Below are positions 1 to 10,471 of a DNA stretch of 64,000 bases, in pieces (position 1 is the stretch's first letter; each line of letters begins with the position of its first letter). Source of the stretch: Patescibacteria group bacterium. GTDB taxonomy: Bacteria; Patescibacteriota; Microgenomatia; Levybacterales; UBA12049. Position numbers and translations under genes: made by a program. The stretch lies in assembly GCA_026004395.1 (NCBI GenBank), contig BPJB01000001.1, forward strand, positions 519,343 through 583,342. Reading direction: 5' to 3'. The notes below the pieces were generated by a model. The model was not told where the DNA came from. It worked only from the letters and a program-made list of their open reading frames with translations, and did no database searches.

Positions 1-179
1 TGGACATAACTACACCATCGGTTATCAGGGGAATAATTTTTAGTTCTCTCGCTTCCATAGCTTATTCTGTCTTGCATCAATAATTAATCTTACCAAGATT
101 CAATCATTTTACCTATATGGTTTAAAAAAGACAATTTTTGGTCAAAAGAAACTGAATCTAGCAGAAGGAGAAATATCTA

Positions 180-2579
180 TTATGTTCCAATCTGAAAATG
201 CTTCTCTTTAAAAAATAAAAATAGACCTTTAACCGAAACTCTTTGTAAATTTTTCATTAATTCACTAATTTGCATCCAACCTAAAGCCCATATCCAGGTA
301 ATAACTATCCAGATAAATGGCACTCTAGCAGGCATTAACAAACCCGTAAAAGCAAAAATTGTAGCAACTATTTGAGTTAATGATGTAGCCAAAATAACCT
401 CTTTGCTGGGCAACAACTTCCACCATCTTTCTTTGGTGTGCGCAACATAAATTAGCATATGACCGGAGATGGTTAACTTTAGAAAATAAATGGTTTGAAT
501 TATTTCCCAACGAAGATGTAATAAATTATTCATGATAAAAAATAATATTAAGCTGTTGAGTATTCCTACTGATCCATAAAGAGAACTTAAAACAAATCTT
601 TCTTTGACATTTATTTTGGCCGGATGGTTAGCTGTTTTCACTTTATCAAAAGCTAAAGAAATAATTGGAATATCATTTAATAGCGCAATAATAATAATCT
701 GCAAAGCAGTTAAAGGATAAACCCGATACATTATACCCAAAACAGAAATGGTAAGGATCAAACGATAAGATTCTGAGATGCGATAGAGAGAATAAGTATA
801 AAGTCTTTCAAAAATCTTTCGGCTTTCAATAATTGCATCACGAATTACACCGATTCCTTCAGATAATAAAATTATATCTGCCGTTGCTTTCAAAGCTGTA
901 ACCGCATTTTTAACGGCAAATCCTACATTAGCAGATTTAATCGCTGGTAGGTCGTTAATCCCATCTCCACTGGCTGCCACAATAAAAAATGATTTAGCTT
1001 TTTGGATTAATTTATGTTTATCTTCCGGCAAAATTTCGGCAAAACCTCCTGTTTTAAGATAAAAATCCGGTTGTATTTGATCCCAGTTCAGTCTATCAAG
1101 ATCTTCTTTGGTAATAATTTTTCCATCACCTAACTGTAGCTGCCGTGCAATTTTGGAAGCAATAGCTCTATTGTCACCAGTTACCATAGCCACCTTGATC
1201 CCGTTGTTTTCCAAAAAATGAACAACTGATTTAGCATCCTCCCGCAATGTATCGGATAAAGCCAACAGACCTACTATTTTCATGTCCTTTTCTTCAGAAC
1301 TATCAAAAGCTATGGCTACAGCTACAGTTCTGTATCCGTCTTCGGCCAAAGTTTTCACCTCTCGATTAAATTTCTCCTTTGTTTTTTTATCCAGATCACA
1401 CAAACTTTTAATAATCTGTGGAGCGCCGGAAGAAATTATTATTTTCTTATCTTTAGTTTTGATAATAACCGTAGTTCGTTTTCTTGATGAATCAGCTGGA
1501 ATAAAATCTATTTTGTAGAATGCCGGAGGCGTAATTTGTAGTGAATAAGATTTCTCTAAAATAGCCTGATCAATAGAGTTGTTACCATCAGATGAGGCAG
1601 AGATTGAAGCATACATCAAAACATCATTGTGGGTAAATCCATCATAAGCATAGATGTCGTGGATGGCAATTTTATTTTGAGTTAGAGTTCCTGTCTTATC
1701 TGTTAATAGCAAATTAACATTGGACAAATCCTCCAAAGCAGACAAACGTCTGATAATAACACCCTTTTTTGCCAAGTTTAAAACACCAAATTCAATGATT
1801 AAAGTCATTACAGTTGGTAGACTAATAGGAATACCAGCAATCACTAAACTTAAATCCAAAGTTACAAGTTCAAGCATGGAAGACTTTCGCAGAATGAAAA
1901 TAATGCTTAAGATAACAATCGCAATAATGGAGAGTATTGTTAAAAATTTAGATATGCTTAGAATATCTTTTTCCAGTAAACTTTCTCTTCTAATCCTTTC
2001 AACTGAAACAATAGTTTTGCCAAAAGTAGTGTTTTTGCCTGTGGAAGTTATTTTAATAGTAGCAATACCGGTAACTAAAAATGAGCCTGAATAAACAAAA
2101 TCGTGCAGATTTTTGTCTTTAGGTAGCGATTCTCCGGTTAACGCAGCCTCATTAACAGAAGCATGAACTGATTCAATAATTTCTCCATCAGCCGGAATGA
2201 CTTCTCCTACTGAAAGTTGAATAATGTCACCAGGTACAAGCAATTTTGAATCAATTGAGTGCCAGATGTTATCTCTAAATACTTTGATCTTTTGACCTAG
2301 ATGTTCGTTTAATTTCTTAATTGCATTATCTGCTTTATTCTCCTGCCAAAGAGATATACCAACATTCAAAACCAGCAAAAAAAGGATAAAGTTGAAATCA
2401 AAAATTTTATGTGTATAAAGGGACAGAAAAGCAGCAGCCAGAAGCATTAAAGAAATTGGTGAAATGATTTTTTTTGCCAGTTTGTTAAAAAAGGGAGTCC
2501 GTTTCTCCGGTATTTCATTTAAACCCACAATCTTTAGCTTCTTTTCTGCTTCTTTAAAGGTTAGGCCGGAATATTCCAT
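180..2579 (-). CDS. Cation-transporting P-type ATPase, plasma-membrane H+-ATPase-like (P3A-like)
   Basis: 799 aa with the P-type ATPase motifs LTGES, DKTGTLT (phosphorylation site), TGDN and GDGINDLPA. The M4 segment GIPISLPTV resembles P3A H+-ATPases. Multiple TM segments lie at both ends. Confidence 0.85.
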   Translation of the reverse strand: MEYSGLTFKEAEKKLKIVGLNEIPEKRTPFFNKLAKKIISPISLMLLAAAFLSLYTHKIFDFNFILFLLVLNVGISLWQENKADNAIKKLNEHLGQKIKVFRDNIWHSIDSKLLVPGDIIQLSVGEVIPADGEIIESVHASVNEAALTGESLPKDKNLHDFVYSGSFLVTGIATIKITSTGKNTTFGKTIVSVERIRRESLLEKDILSISKFLTILSIIAIVILSIIFILRKSSMLELVTLDLSLVIAGIPISLPTVMTLIIEFGVLNLAKKGVIIRRLSALEDLSNVNLLLTDKTGTLTQNKIAIHDIYAYDGFTHNDVLMYASISASSDGNNSIDQAILEKSYSLQITPPAFYKIDFIPADSSRKRTTVIIKTKDKKIIISSGAPQIIKSLCDLDKKTKEKFNREVKTLAEDGYRTVAVAIAFDSSEEKDMKIVGLLALSDTLREDAKSVVHFLENNGIKVAMVTGDNRAIASKIARQLQLGDGKIITKEDLDRLNWDQIQPDFYLKTGGFAEILPEDKHKLIQKAKSFFIVAASGDGINDLPAIKSANVGFAVKNAVTALKATADIILLSEGIGVIRDAIIESRKIFERLYTYSLYRISESYRLILTISVLGIMYRVYPLTALQIIIIALLNDIPIISLAFDKVKTANHPAKINVKERFVLSSLYGSVGILNSLILFFIMNNLLHLRWEIIQTIYFLKLTISGHMLIYVAHTKERWWKLLPSKEVILATSLTQIVATIFAFTGLLMPARVPFIWIVITWIWALGWMQISELMKNLQRVSVKGLFLFFKEKHFQIGT

Positions 2580-4050
2580 AACATAAAATCACTGTTAATT
2601 TTAGTATATACCAAATAAGCTTTACTGAAAACAAAATGTGATTAATCTTTAAGTGATATTGTAAAGTAAATTGGAGGTTAATTTTATGTCTTAAAGTCAG
2701 TTAAAAAGATATTCTGAAAATTAATATCCATTGATCGAAGCCTATAAAGAGGAAAAGCTGAAAGAGATTATTATTGCATGACAATACGCTAGCACTATAT
2801 TTAGTTATTATCAGTTCTATACTTCGCAACTCATTTACTAGGTTTTAGTAATGATGAGTAGTCTGATAAACATCATTAACAATTTTGAAGTAAAAAAGAA
2901 ATTCTAAGATTGAGGTGAGAAGCGATGTTTCGAGATATTATTTTATTGACAAGTACATACGAATTTATGGAAAATGGGAAGTACTGCAAAATTTTGCTAA
3001 AGATCAAAAAGTCTTACGGTATAATTAAATCTTCCTTGATAATCTTCTCAGGGCTAGTAAAGAAAACGTCACAGATACAGCAAAACAAAAACATGTTGAT
3101 ATTTTCAGAAAGACCCTGTGTAAATATTTAAATCTGTTTGTTATAAAATCTTTTAAACCTTGATGAATATTTAATTGAGCCTAAAGAACAAATATGTTGA
3201 ATGCTAACAAAAGAGGAAAAATCACCAATTTAACTATTGAGGGGAATATATGACCTTGTGAAAGGAAAAGTTAAAGGTATTTTACCCCGATGAATGCAAA
3301 CAGTAAATTTCAACATGGGATATTGAACTGAGATTACTAGAAGATCATTGGAAAACAAAAAATATCCTGACCTATAAAGTATAAGAATCAGATAAAAAAC
3401 GTAAATGAATGATGTCAACACTAAGAATATACTATTACAAAAGTAATTAAATAGATTAAACTATTTTGATTCTTTTGGCATACAGAATCTCATCACTTGG
3501 TAATACTGAGCACGCATTTGTTTATATTTATCTCAATTGATGATATAAGCGAATTGTCTATTTCAGGATGAACAGGACAAATAACGCAGGCCACGCTGAA
3601 GACTTTCTAAAGCGTTTGATATTTTAGTAGGGAAAAATTTTATACATCAGATAAAGTTTAGAATTCAAAGCAGCTCTTAAGAAGTCACGTGAAACACTTT
3701 AAATAATTCAGCTATATTTACAGCTAAAGATAATGCCTTTCTTGATAGGTTAACCTACAGTACCGTAAGAATGATTGGCATATTCTGTTAATGAGTTTGA
3801 TGATATAGGCGAGGCAAACAGACAATTACCAGAAGGTTTGTTTATTCAACAACATTCGTCCATACCAAGTTCTTAACTCCAAAGCTCTCCTAAATTATTG
3901 TTAGGAAACTTTCTTCCAAGTGTTACCGTTGTAGTCTGCCAATACAGGTTGTAATCACCTCATTAAATATGATAAAATAATCGTAAAGTCGAAATTCCAG
4001 AGAATTTCTCGTAGTCTGTAAAATTTATCGTTGGTCTCAGTCCATTATGA

Positions 4051-5445
4051 ATGAAAGAACAAAATCATCTCAATCAAGATAGATTAACAGTTAAAAAAAT
4101 AATACGAAGATCAGCTTCAGCTATTGAGGCAATAAGAGGAAGAGTACATATTTCACCTGAAAAGGAAACACAGACAGAACGTTATGAACTGCGTGGTACA
4201 AAAATAGAAATTGAATCTCCTAGAACACCAATTGATATACATTTAGGGGATACGCATTTACAAATTATAGATGTGCGTGGTGATCCTCACTTGAGAGCAG
4301 ATTATCTTCTTATTGATCCCATAGCTTTTGAGTATTCTAATCAAGAAACAGGATACAAAGGTATTAGAGAAGATGAGCCTTTTACTATTGGCAAAAGTAA
4401 TCATTATAGATTTTATCTCTCAGATAATGTTAGTGAAAACCATCTGAGAATAGATTTAAGAGATTTCAAACTGATAATAGAAGATTTAAACTCAACTAAT
4501 GGAACAGTTGTTCAATTTGATAAACCCAAACTACCAACCAAAGAACAGATTGCAGCTTTTCCCTCGTCACCTGAAAAAATGCAAGCAATTGCTGAATTCT
4601 GTGAATTTATTAAAATACATCATAATCTAATAAAGGATGCTTTAAAAAATGGAGGTAAGCTAGATCATATTTTTTACAGTAATTTCTACAATACTAATAT
4701 TGACAACCCTACATACACAGCACACGATCCTAATTTACAAAGATTAATAGATGAATATCCTGTTCAAATAAATGGTGTCAAAACATATTTTTCAGATAAT
4801 CGACAAAGTAGAGGGTTAAAGCTGTGGGAATCTTCTTATTGGCTTTTCTGCAATACCCATGGTGGATACCGTATGAACAAATTTACAAATTATGGAAGAC
4901 TTTATTTTAATCTCAGACCGGAGTATATCGGACAAATATTTACTCAATCAGCAACAGCATTTCGTGATAGAGGATTACATACACAGATGAAAACTTTTCT
5001 CAACCCAACCATAAGAGCATTTAACCGTTTTGATAAAATGATTATTTATTTTGATGCTGATGAAGAAGAAGATGTTTTACAAATTGTCGATGATTTATAT
5101 CAGAGCAATCAATATGCATTTGATAGCGGTATTCCTCGTTTTACTGTTGCAGTTAGAGATCAAAAAGGCAGAAAAATGACAGGTATTAGTTTTGGCGAAG
5201 AACCAGCTTTTACAAAATATCAAGACAAATCATTTGGTATAGTTAGATCTAAAATTCTCGCTGATGTTTATATGAATGCCAATGACAATCATTGGTTGGT
5301 TACAAAACCAAGTCCAGATTTTGATTTTGCTTTTTATAAAGCCTGCTTAAAATATTTTGTAGATCCCCAAAATCCTGCATTTAATCTACAAGGAAACCCA
5401 GAAAGATTTTCTGAACTAAGAAGGAGATTGAAGTTAAATAAGTAA
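4051..5445 (+). CDS. FHA-domain protein with uncharacterised C-terminal domain
   Basis: 464 aa. Residues ~100-160 (YRFYLSDNVSENHLRIDLRDFKLIIEDLNSTNGTVV) fit the FHA signature G-R..x..S..H..I...-DL.STNGT.VN. The C-terminal ~300 aa match no family I can name. The gene follows a 1.47 kb non-coding gap. Confidence 0.4.
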   Translation: MKEQNHLNQDRLTVKKIIRRSASAIEAIRGRVHISPEKETQTERYELRGTKIEIESPRTPIDIHLGDTHLQIIDVRGDPHLRADYLLIDPIAFEYSNQETGYKGIREDEPFTIGKSNHYRFYLSDNVSENHLRIDLRDFKLIIEDLNSTNGTVVQFDKPKLPTKEQIAAFPSSPEKMQAIAEFCEFIKIHHNLIKDALKNGGKLDHIFYSNFYNTNIDNPTYTAHDPNLQRLIDEYPVQINGVKTYFSDNRQSRGLKLWESSYWLFCNTHGGYRMNKFTNYGRLYFNLRPEYIGQIFTQSATAFRDRGLHTQMKTFLNPTIRAFNRFDKMIIYFDADEEEDVLQIVDDLYQSNQYAFDSGIPRFTVAVRDQKGRKMTGISFGEEPAFTKYQDKSFGIVRSKILADVYMNANDNHWLVTKPSPDFDFAFYKACLKYFVDPQNPAFNLQGNPERFSELRRRLKLNK

Positions 5446-5736
5446 TTTTACGAAGACTAGAATAATAAAAATTTATTAGTAGAAAGAACAAATTTTCTAA
5501 ATTATTACGCAATTAGTAGATACAAAATTTAAGGACTTGATCTATTAATAACAAAAATATTAAAACCGCTGTGCTCAATGCTAGAATTACTTTGCAACGA
5601 AGTTTTTGCTAAAATAGATTTGAGCAAAGTTGTATAGATAATCATTCAACTTCCATTGCTTTCTTATCTTGCATCACATATAATGTTTGATCGCTATTTG
5701 CAGATTAAATTTTAACAGCATCTAACTAAGATTTAT

Positions 5737-8613
5737 ATGGACAAAATAATTATTAAAGGTGCAAGAGAACATAACCTTAAAAATATCGATTTAGAAATTC
5801 CCAAAAACAAATTAATTGTTCTAACTGGTCTTTCAGGAAGTGGTAAATCCTCTCTCGCATTTGACACAATTTACGCTGAAGGACAGCGGCGATACGTTGA
5901 GAGTTTATCGTCTTACGCAAGACAGTTTTTGGGTACCATGAAAAAGCCAGATGTAGATCTTATTGAAGGATTATCTCCGGCTATATCTATCGACCAAAAA
6001 TCTACATCACATAATCCTAGATCAACTGTAGGAACAGTGACAGAAATTTATGATTATTTGCGTCTTTTATTTGCACGCATAGGACACCCCCATTGTCCAA
6101 ACTGTGGTAGAGAAATTGCCAGACAGTCAAAAGAACAAATTACGGAGACTATACTTAAAATGCAAGATGGGAGAAGACCCTTTGTTCGCGTTCTAATCTT
6201 AGCACCTTTAGTAAAAGATAGAAAAGGAGAATATACAGAACTTTTCACATCTCTTAAAAAGAGAGGATACCGTAAAGTCAGGATCGATAGAAAAATATAT
6301 TCCCTTGATGATCAGATTGTATTAATCAAAACCAACAAACACTCTATTGAGTTAGTTATTGATACTCTGGTGATAGCAAAAGAAACAGATAAGAATCGCT
6401 TAGCAACCGATGTTGAACAAGCTCTGCAGTTTGGAAATGGAGAGATGATTGTAAGCATTATTAAGGATTCAACGTTTGATCTGCCTGAATTTCCTAAAGA
6501 AATGGAAGACCACCTTTTTTCAGAAAAGTTCGCATGTCCAGTATGTAATATCTCAATCTCTGAGATTGAACCACGAATTTTTTCATTTAATACACCTCAT
6601 GGGGCTTGCCCAGAATGTTCTGGTATAGGGAGGGTGCTTGTAGTTGATAAGGATTTAGTTTTTAACAATAATCTTACCATCAATGAAGGAGGCATCTTAC
6701 CATTTTTTAATTTGGGGACGAATGATACGTGGTTTTCAAGAACATTTAGAACATTTTGTGCTGAAAATGCAATTCCACTTGATAAAAAGATTGGAGAGTT
6801 GACAGAACAACAAAAAAACTTACTTCTTTATGGCACAGGTGAGAAAGAATACAGTGTAAGAGGAGAAAATAGATGGGGAAGTCAAACAGTAATCCGTGAA
6901 CCCTTTAGAGGAATTACCTTTGAACTAAGAAGAAGATACTCAGAATCAGAATCTGATTATGTGAAAACTCAAATCGAAAAATTTATGCGCTATGATCTTT
7001 GTCCTTCCTGCCAAGGTGCAAGACTTAAAAAAGAGGCACTTTCAGTCACAATTAAAGGTAAATCTATTGTAGATGTCAGTGATATGTCAATAGGGGATGT
7101 TTTAGACTTTTTTGAAACCTTGCCTGACTCACTATCAACGCGCGAGAAAGAAATTAGCGAGTTAATTTTGCGAGAGATAATCCAGCGCATAAGATTTCTT
7201 AAAGATGTAGGCCTTGAGTACCTAACTCTCTCACGCAGTGCCTCAACTCTTGCAGGGGGGGAAGCACAACGCATTAGATTAGCATCCCAAATAGGTAGCG
7301 GTCTCACAGGAGTGCTTTATGTGCTTGATGAACCTTCAATTGGTTTACATCAAAGAGATAATGAAAAACTAATTGAAACTTTAAAAAGACTACGCGATCT
7401 TGGAAATACTGTAATTGTTGTCGAACATGATGAAGATACTATGGCAGCATCAGATTATATTTTCGACTTTGGACCCGGAGCAGGAGAATTTGGAGGAGAA
7501 ATTGTCGCACAAGGTACTTATGAAGAGATTAAGAACAATGCCAATTCTCTGACAGGTCAGTATCTCTCCAAAAAAAAGGTCATAAAAGTTAATACCAGTA
7601 AACAAAGTACTATGGAAGAGTCATATTTAACTCTCGTTGGAGCATCTGAACATAATCTGAAAAACATCACAGTTAAATTTCCCCTTCGTAAATTTATCGT
7701 AGTAACTGGAGTCTCTGGAAGCGGTAAATCTACTTTAATTAATGATATTCTCTATCATGCACTAATGCAGATTAAAAATCCTTATCATCGACAGAAGCCT
7801 GGAAAATTTGTTGACATCTTGGGTTATGAACAAATTAAAAATGTATTTTTAATTGATCAGTCACCTATTGGTAGAACGCCTAGGAGCAACCCAGCAACTT
7901 ATACAGGTGCATTTACTTATATAAGAGACATCTTTTCTCAAACAAAAGAAGCGCGTCTTCGGGGATATGGACCGGGAAGATTTTCTTTTAATGTTAAAGG
8001 TGGACGATGTGAAGCTTGTGAAGGAGAAGGACAGATTAAAATTGAGATGCAGTTTCTACCTGATGTGTATATTACCTGTGAAGTTTGTCAAGGAAAGCAA
8101 TATAACAACGAAGCATTAGAAATCTTATTTAATGGTAAGAATATAGCTGATGTACTAAATATGAGTGTTCAAGAAGCATTGGATTTTTTCTCTTTTGTTC
8201 CGGGACTTGCACATAAACTGCAAACACTTATGGACGTTGGACTTTCTTATATTAAGTTGGGACAACCAGCTCCGACTTTATCAGGCGGAGAAGCACAACG
8301 GGTGAAGCTAGCTTCAGAACTTTCAAAGAGAGGTAGAGATGCACTTTATCTGCTTGATGAACCAACAACAGGTCTTCATTTTGCGGATCTTGAAAAACTT
8401 CTCTATGTTCTTCGAAAACTTGTAGATCAAGGAAATTCTGTTATTGTTATTGAACACAATCTTGAGGTAATCAAAAATGCTGATCACATAATTGATCTGG
8501 GTCCTGAAGGAGGAAAAAAAGGAGGAGAAATTGTCGCACAGGGTACACCTAATCAAATTGCTCAAAATTCCCTTTCTCATACTGGACGTTTTTTAAAACG
8601 TATCCTCAGCTAG
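5737..8613 (+). CDS. uvrA: Excinuclease ABC subunit A (UvrA)
   Basis: 958 aa with two ABC ATPase modules. Walker A motifs GLSGSGKSSLAFDTIYAEGQRRY and GVSGSGKSTLIN. Zinc-finger cysteines CPNCG, CPVC and CEAC. LSGGE signature motifs. Confidence 0.97.
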   Translation: MDKIIIKGAREHNLKNIDLEIPKNKLIVLTGLSGSGKSSLAFDTIYAEGQRRYVESLSSYARQFLGTMKKPDVDLIEGLSPAISIDQKSTSHNPRSTVGTVTEIYDYLRLLFARIGHPHCPNCGREIARQSKEQITETILKMQDGRRPFVRVLILAPLVKDRKGEYTELFTSLKKRGYRKVRIDRKIYSLDDQIVLIKTNKHSIELVIDTLVIAKETDKNRLATDVEQALQFGNGEMIVSIIKDSTFDLPEFPKEMEDHLFSEKFACPVCNISISEIEPRIFSFNTPHGACPECSGIGRVLVVDKDLVFNNNLTINEGGILPFFNLGTNDTWFSRTFRTFCAENAIPLDKKIGELTEQQKNLLLYGTGEKEYSVRGENRWGSQTVIREPFRGITFELRRRYSESESDYVKTQIEKFMRYDLCPSCQGARLKKEALSVTIKGKSIVDVSDMSIGDVLDFFETLPDSLSTREKEISELILREIIQRIRFLKDVGLEYLTLSRSASTLAGGEAQRIRLASQIGSGLTGVLYVLDEPSIGLHQRDNEKLIETLKRLRDLGNTVIVVEHDEDTMAASDYIFDFGPGAGEFGGEIVAQGTYEEIKNNANSLTGQYLSKKKVIKVNTSKQSTMEESYLTLVGASEHNLKNITVKFPLRKFIVVTGVSGSGKSTLINDILYHALMQIKNPYHRQKPGKFVDILGYEQIKNVFLIDQSPIGRTPRSNPATYTGAFTYIRDIFSQTKEARLRGYGPGRFSFNVKGGRCEACEGEGQIKIEMQFLPDVYITCEVCQGKQYNNEALEILFNGKNIADVLNMSVQEALDFFSFVPGLAHKLQTLMDVGLSYIKLGQPAPTLSGGEAQRVKLASELSKRGRDALYLLDEPTTGLHFADLEKLLYVLRKLVDQGNSVIVIEHNLEVIKNADHIIDLGPEGGKKGGEIVAQGTPNQIAQNSLSHTGRFLKRILS

Positions 8614-8644
8614 TCAATTTTGCATATTTTTAATACAATAAGTT

Positions 8645-10471
8645 TTGGAATATGTAAATTCGATGAAAAAATATTTTTTCTTTTTAATTACTTTTTTGCT
8701 ATATATTTTATCTCCAAATTTTGTATTTGCATCTGAATATTTCGATCGAGAATACACTGTCTTATATACAGTACAAGAAAATGGCACAACATCCGTACAG
8801 ATTACTATTACTTTAACCAATAAAACTAGCGATTACTATGCTTCATCGGATACATTGCAAGTGGGATTTGAAAGTATCACCAATGTCAAAGCATCAGATC
8901 CTGATGGACCACTTGAACCAAAAATAACAAAAACAGAGGCGGGTAATGAAATAGAGTTAACATTTAACAAAAAAGTTGTTGGAAAAGATAAAAAATTAGT
9001 ATACAATTTATCCTTTGATACACCTGACATTGCCAAGCATGATGGTAAGATATGGGAGATAAATATTCCCGGTATTGCAAATCCTGAAGAATTTAGCAAC
9101 TTTACTGCTGAAGTTAGAGTACCTTCAACATTTGGTAAACCTGCTTACATAAAACCATTTCAAAAAGATAATACATTGATCTTCTCAAAAGAACAATTAG
9201 GCAAATCTGGTATCTCTATAGCATTTGGAACAGAACAAATATATCAATTTAATCTTACCTATCATCTAAGAAATACAAATGTTTTTCCTATAAGAACGGA
9301 AATAGCACTACCTCCCACTACAAATTACCAAGAAGTTGTGATAGATGCAATTAATCCTCATCCTGAAAACGTGATAATTGATAAAGACGGAAATTGGCTT
9401 GCTGAGTATATACTTGCTCCTTCACAACGAATTGATGTTACAGCAAGGGGAAGAGTGCGAATATATCGTGAACCAAGACCAGAACCTTTATCAAAAGATG
9501 ATTTTAAGTTGTACACAAAAGAAAAACCATTTTGGCAATCAAATAATCCAACGATTAAAGAACTCGCACAAAAATTGAAGACACCTCGTGCAATCTATGA
9601 TTATGTGGTCAGCACGCTTGATTATGATTTTAGTAGGGTAACCCAAAACAAACCTAGACTTGGTGCTTTAAAAGCATTAGAAGAACCCCAATCAGCTGTA
9701 TGTTTGGAGTTTACCGATCTTTTTATAGCTCTTGCAAGAGCAGCTGGAATTCCTGCAAGAGAGATAAATGGTTATGCTCATACTGAAAATCCTAGACAAC
9801 GTCCTCTATCACTTGTGCAGGATATTCTTCACGCTTGGCCTGAATATTACGACTTCCAAAGACAAACATGGATCATGGTTGATCCAACATGGGAAAGTAC
9901 TACAGGAGGGATAGATTATTTCGATGTATTTGATTATGACCATATTACCTTCGTAAGAAAAGGTATTGATAGTCAGTATCCTATACCTCCGGGTGGGTAC
10001 AAATACTCTGGAGACGAAAAGAAAAAAGACATCTCAATAACTTTTGCAGACAGTTTTTCAAATGATATTCCCAAAATACAAATTGTGCCTATTTTTCCCG
10101 ACAAAGTATTAGCAGGAGTGGCAATCAACGGTAAAATTCAGGCAATCAACTTGAGTGGAAAACTGTCTGAAGCACAAACTGCATCTGTTACCTCTAAGAC
10201 TCTTACTCCCTCAATACAAACGATACTCATTCCTCAGTTACCTCCTTTTGGTAAAAAAGAGATTTCGTTTTCTTTTCATAAGACACCATTTTTAAGTCAC
10301 GGTACACATACTTTTACATTTACTCTTAATAATACTATAATTTTCCATAGTATTAAGGTTTCACCTTTTATGCTAGATAAAAATCAAATTTTTGGAGGTG
10401 TTGGAGTTGGAATATTCACGATCATCTTATTCATCATTGCCATCAAAGCCAGGAGTTTACGTTTTTCTTGA
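8645..10471 (+). CDS. Transglutaminase-like domain protein, membrane anchored
   Basis: N-terminal signal/TM segment. Transglutaminase-like Cys-His-Asp core: AVCLEFTDLF, HAWPEYYD, VDPTW. C-terminal TM segment. The likely true start is the internal ATG near 8663 (MKKYFFF). Confidence 0.75.
   Translation: MEYVNSMKKYFFFLITFLLYILSPNFVFASEYFDREYTVLYTVQENGTTSVQITITLTNKTSDYYASSDTLQVGFESITNVKASDPDGPLEPKITKTEAGNEIELTFNKKVVGKDKKLVYNLSFDTPDIAKHDGKIWEINIPGIANPEEFSNFTAEVRVPSTFGKPAYIKPFQKDNTLIFSKEQLGKSGISIAFGTEQIYQFNLTYHLRNTNVFPIRTEIALPPTTNYQEVVIDAINPHPENVIIDKDGNWLAEYILAPSQRIDVTARGRVRIYREPRPEPLSKDDFKLYTKEKPFWQSNNPTIKELAQKLKTPRAIYDYVVSTLDYDFSRVTQNKPRLGALKALEEPQSAVCLEFTDLFIALARAAGIPAREINGYAHTENPRQRPLSLVQDILHAWPEYYDFQRQTWIMVDPTWESTTGGIDYFDVFDYDHITFVRKGIDSQYPIPPGGYKYSGDEKKKDISITFADSFSNDIPKIQIVPIFPDKVLAGVAINGKIQAINLSGKLSEAQTASVTSKTLTPSIQTILIPQLPPFGKKEISFSFHKTPFLSHGTHTFTFTLNNTIIFHSIKVSPFMLDKNQIFGGVGVGIFTIILFIIAIKARSLRFS

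Noticed and set aside
1282-2094. Plus-strand ORFs 1282-1518 and 1720-2094
   Set aside because: They are antisense frames inside the P-type ATPase gene. Other internal ORFs elsewhere are rejected on the same grounds: 6054-6248, 6990-7307 and 8323-8580 in uvrA; 24199-24663 and 24787-25056 in the copper ATPase; 57175-57441 in the RND pump.
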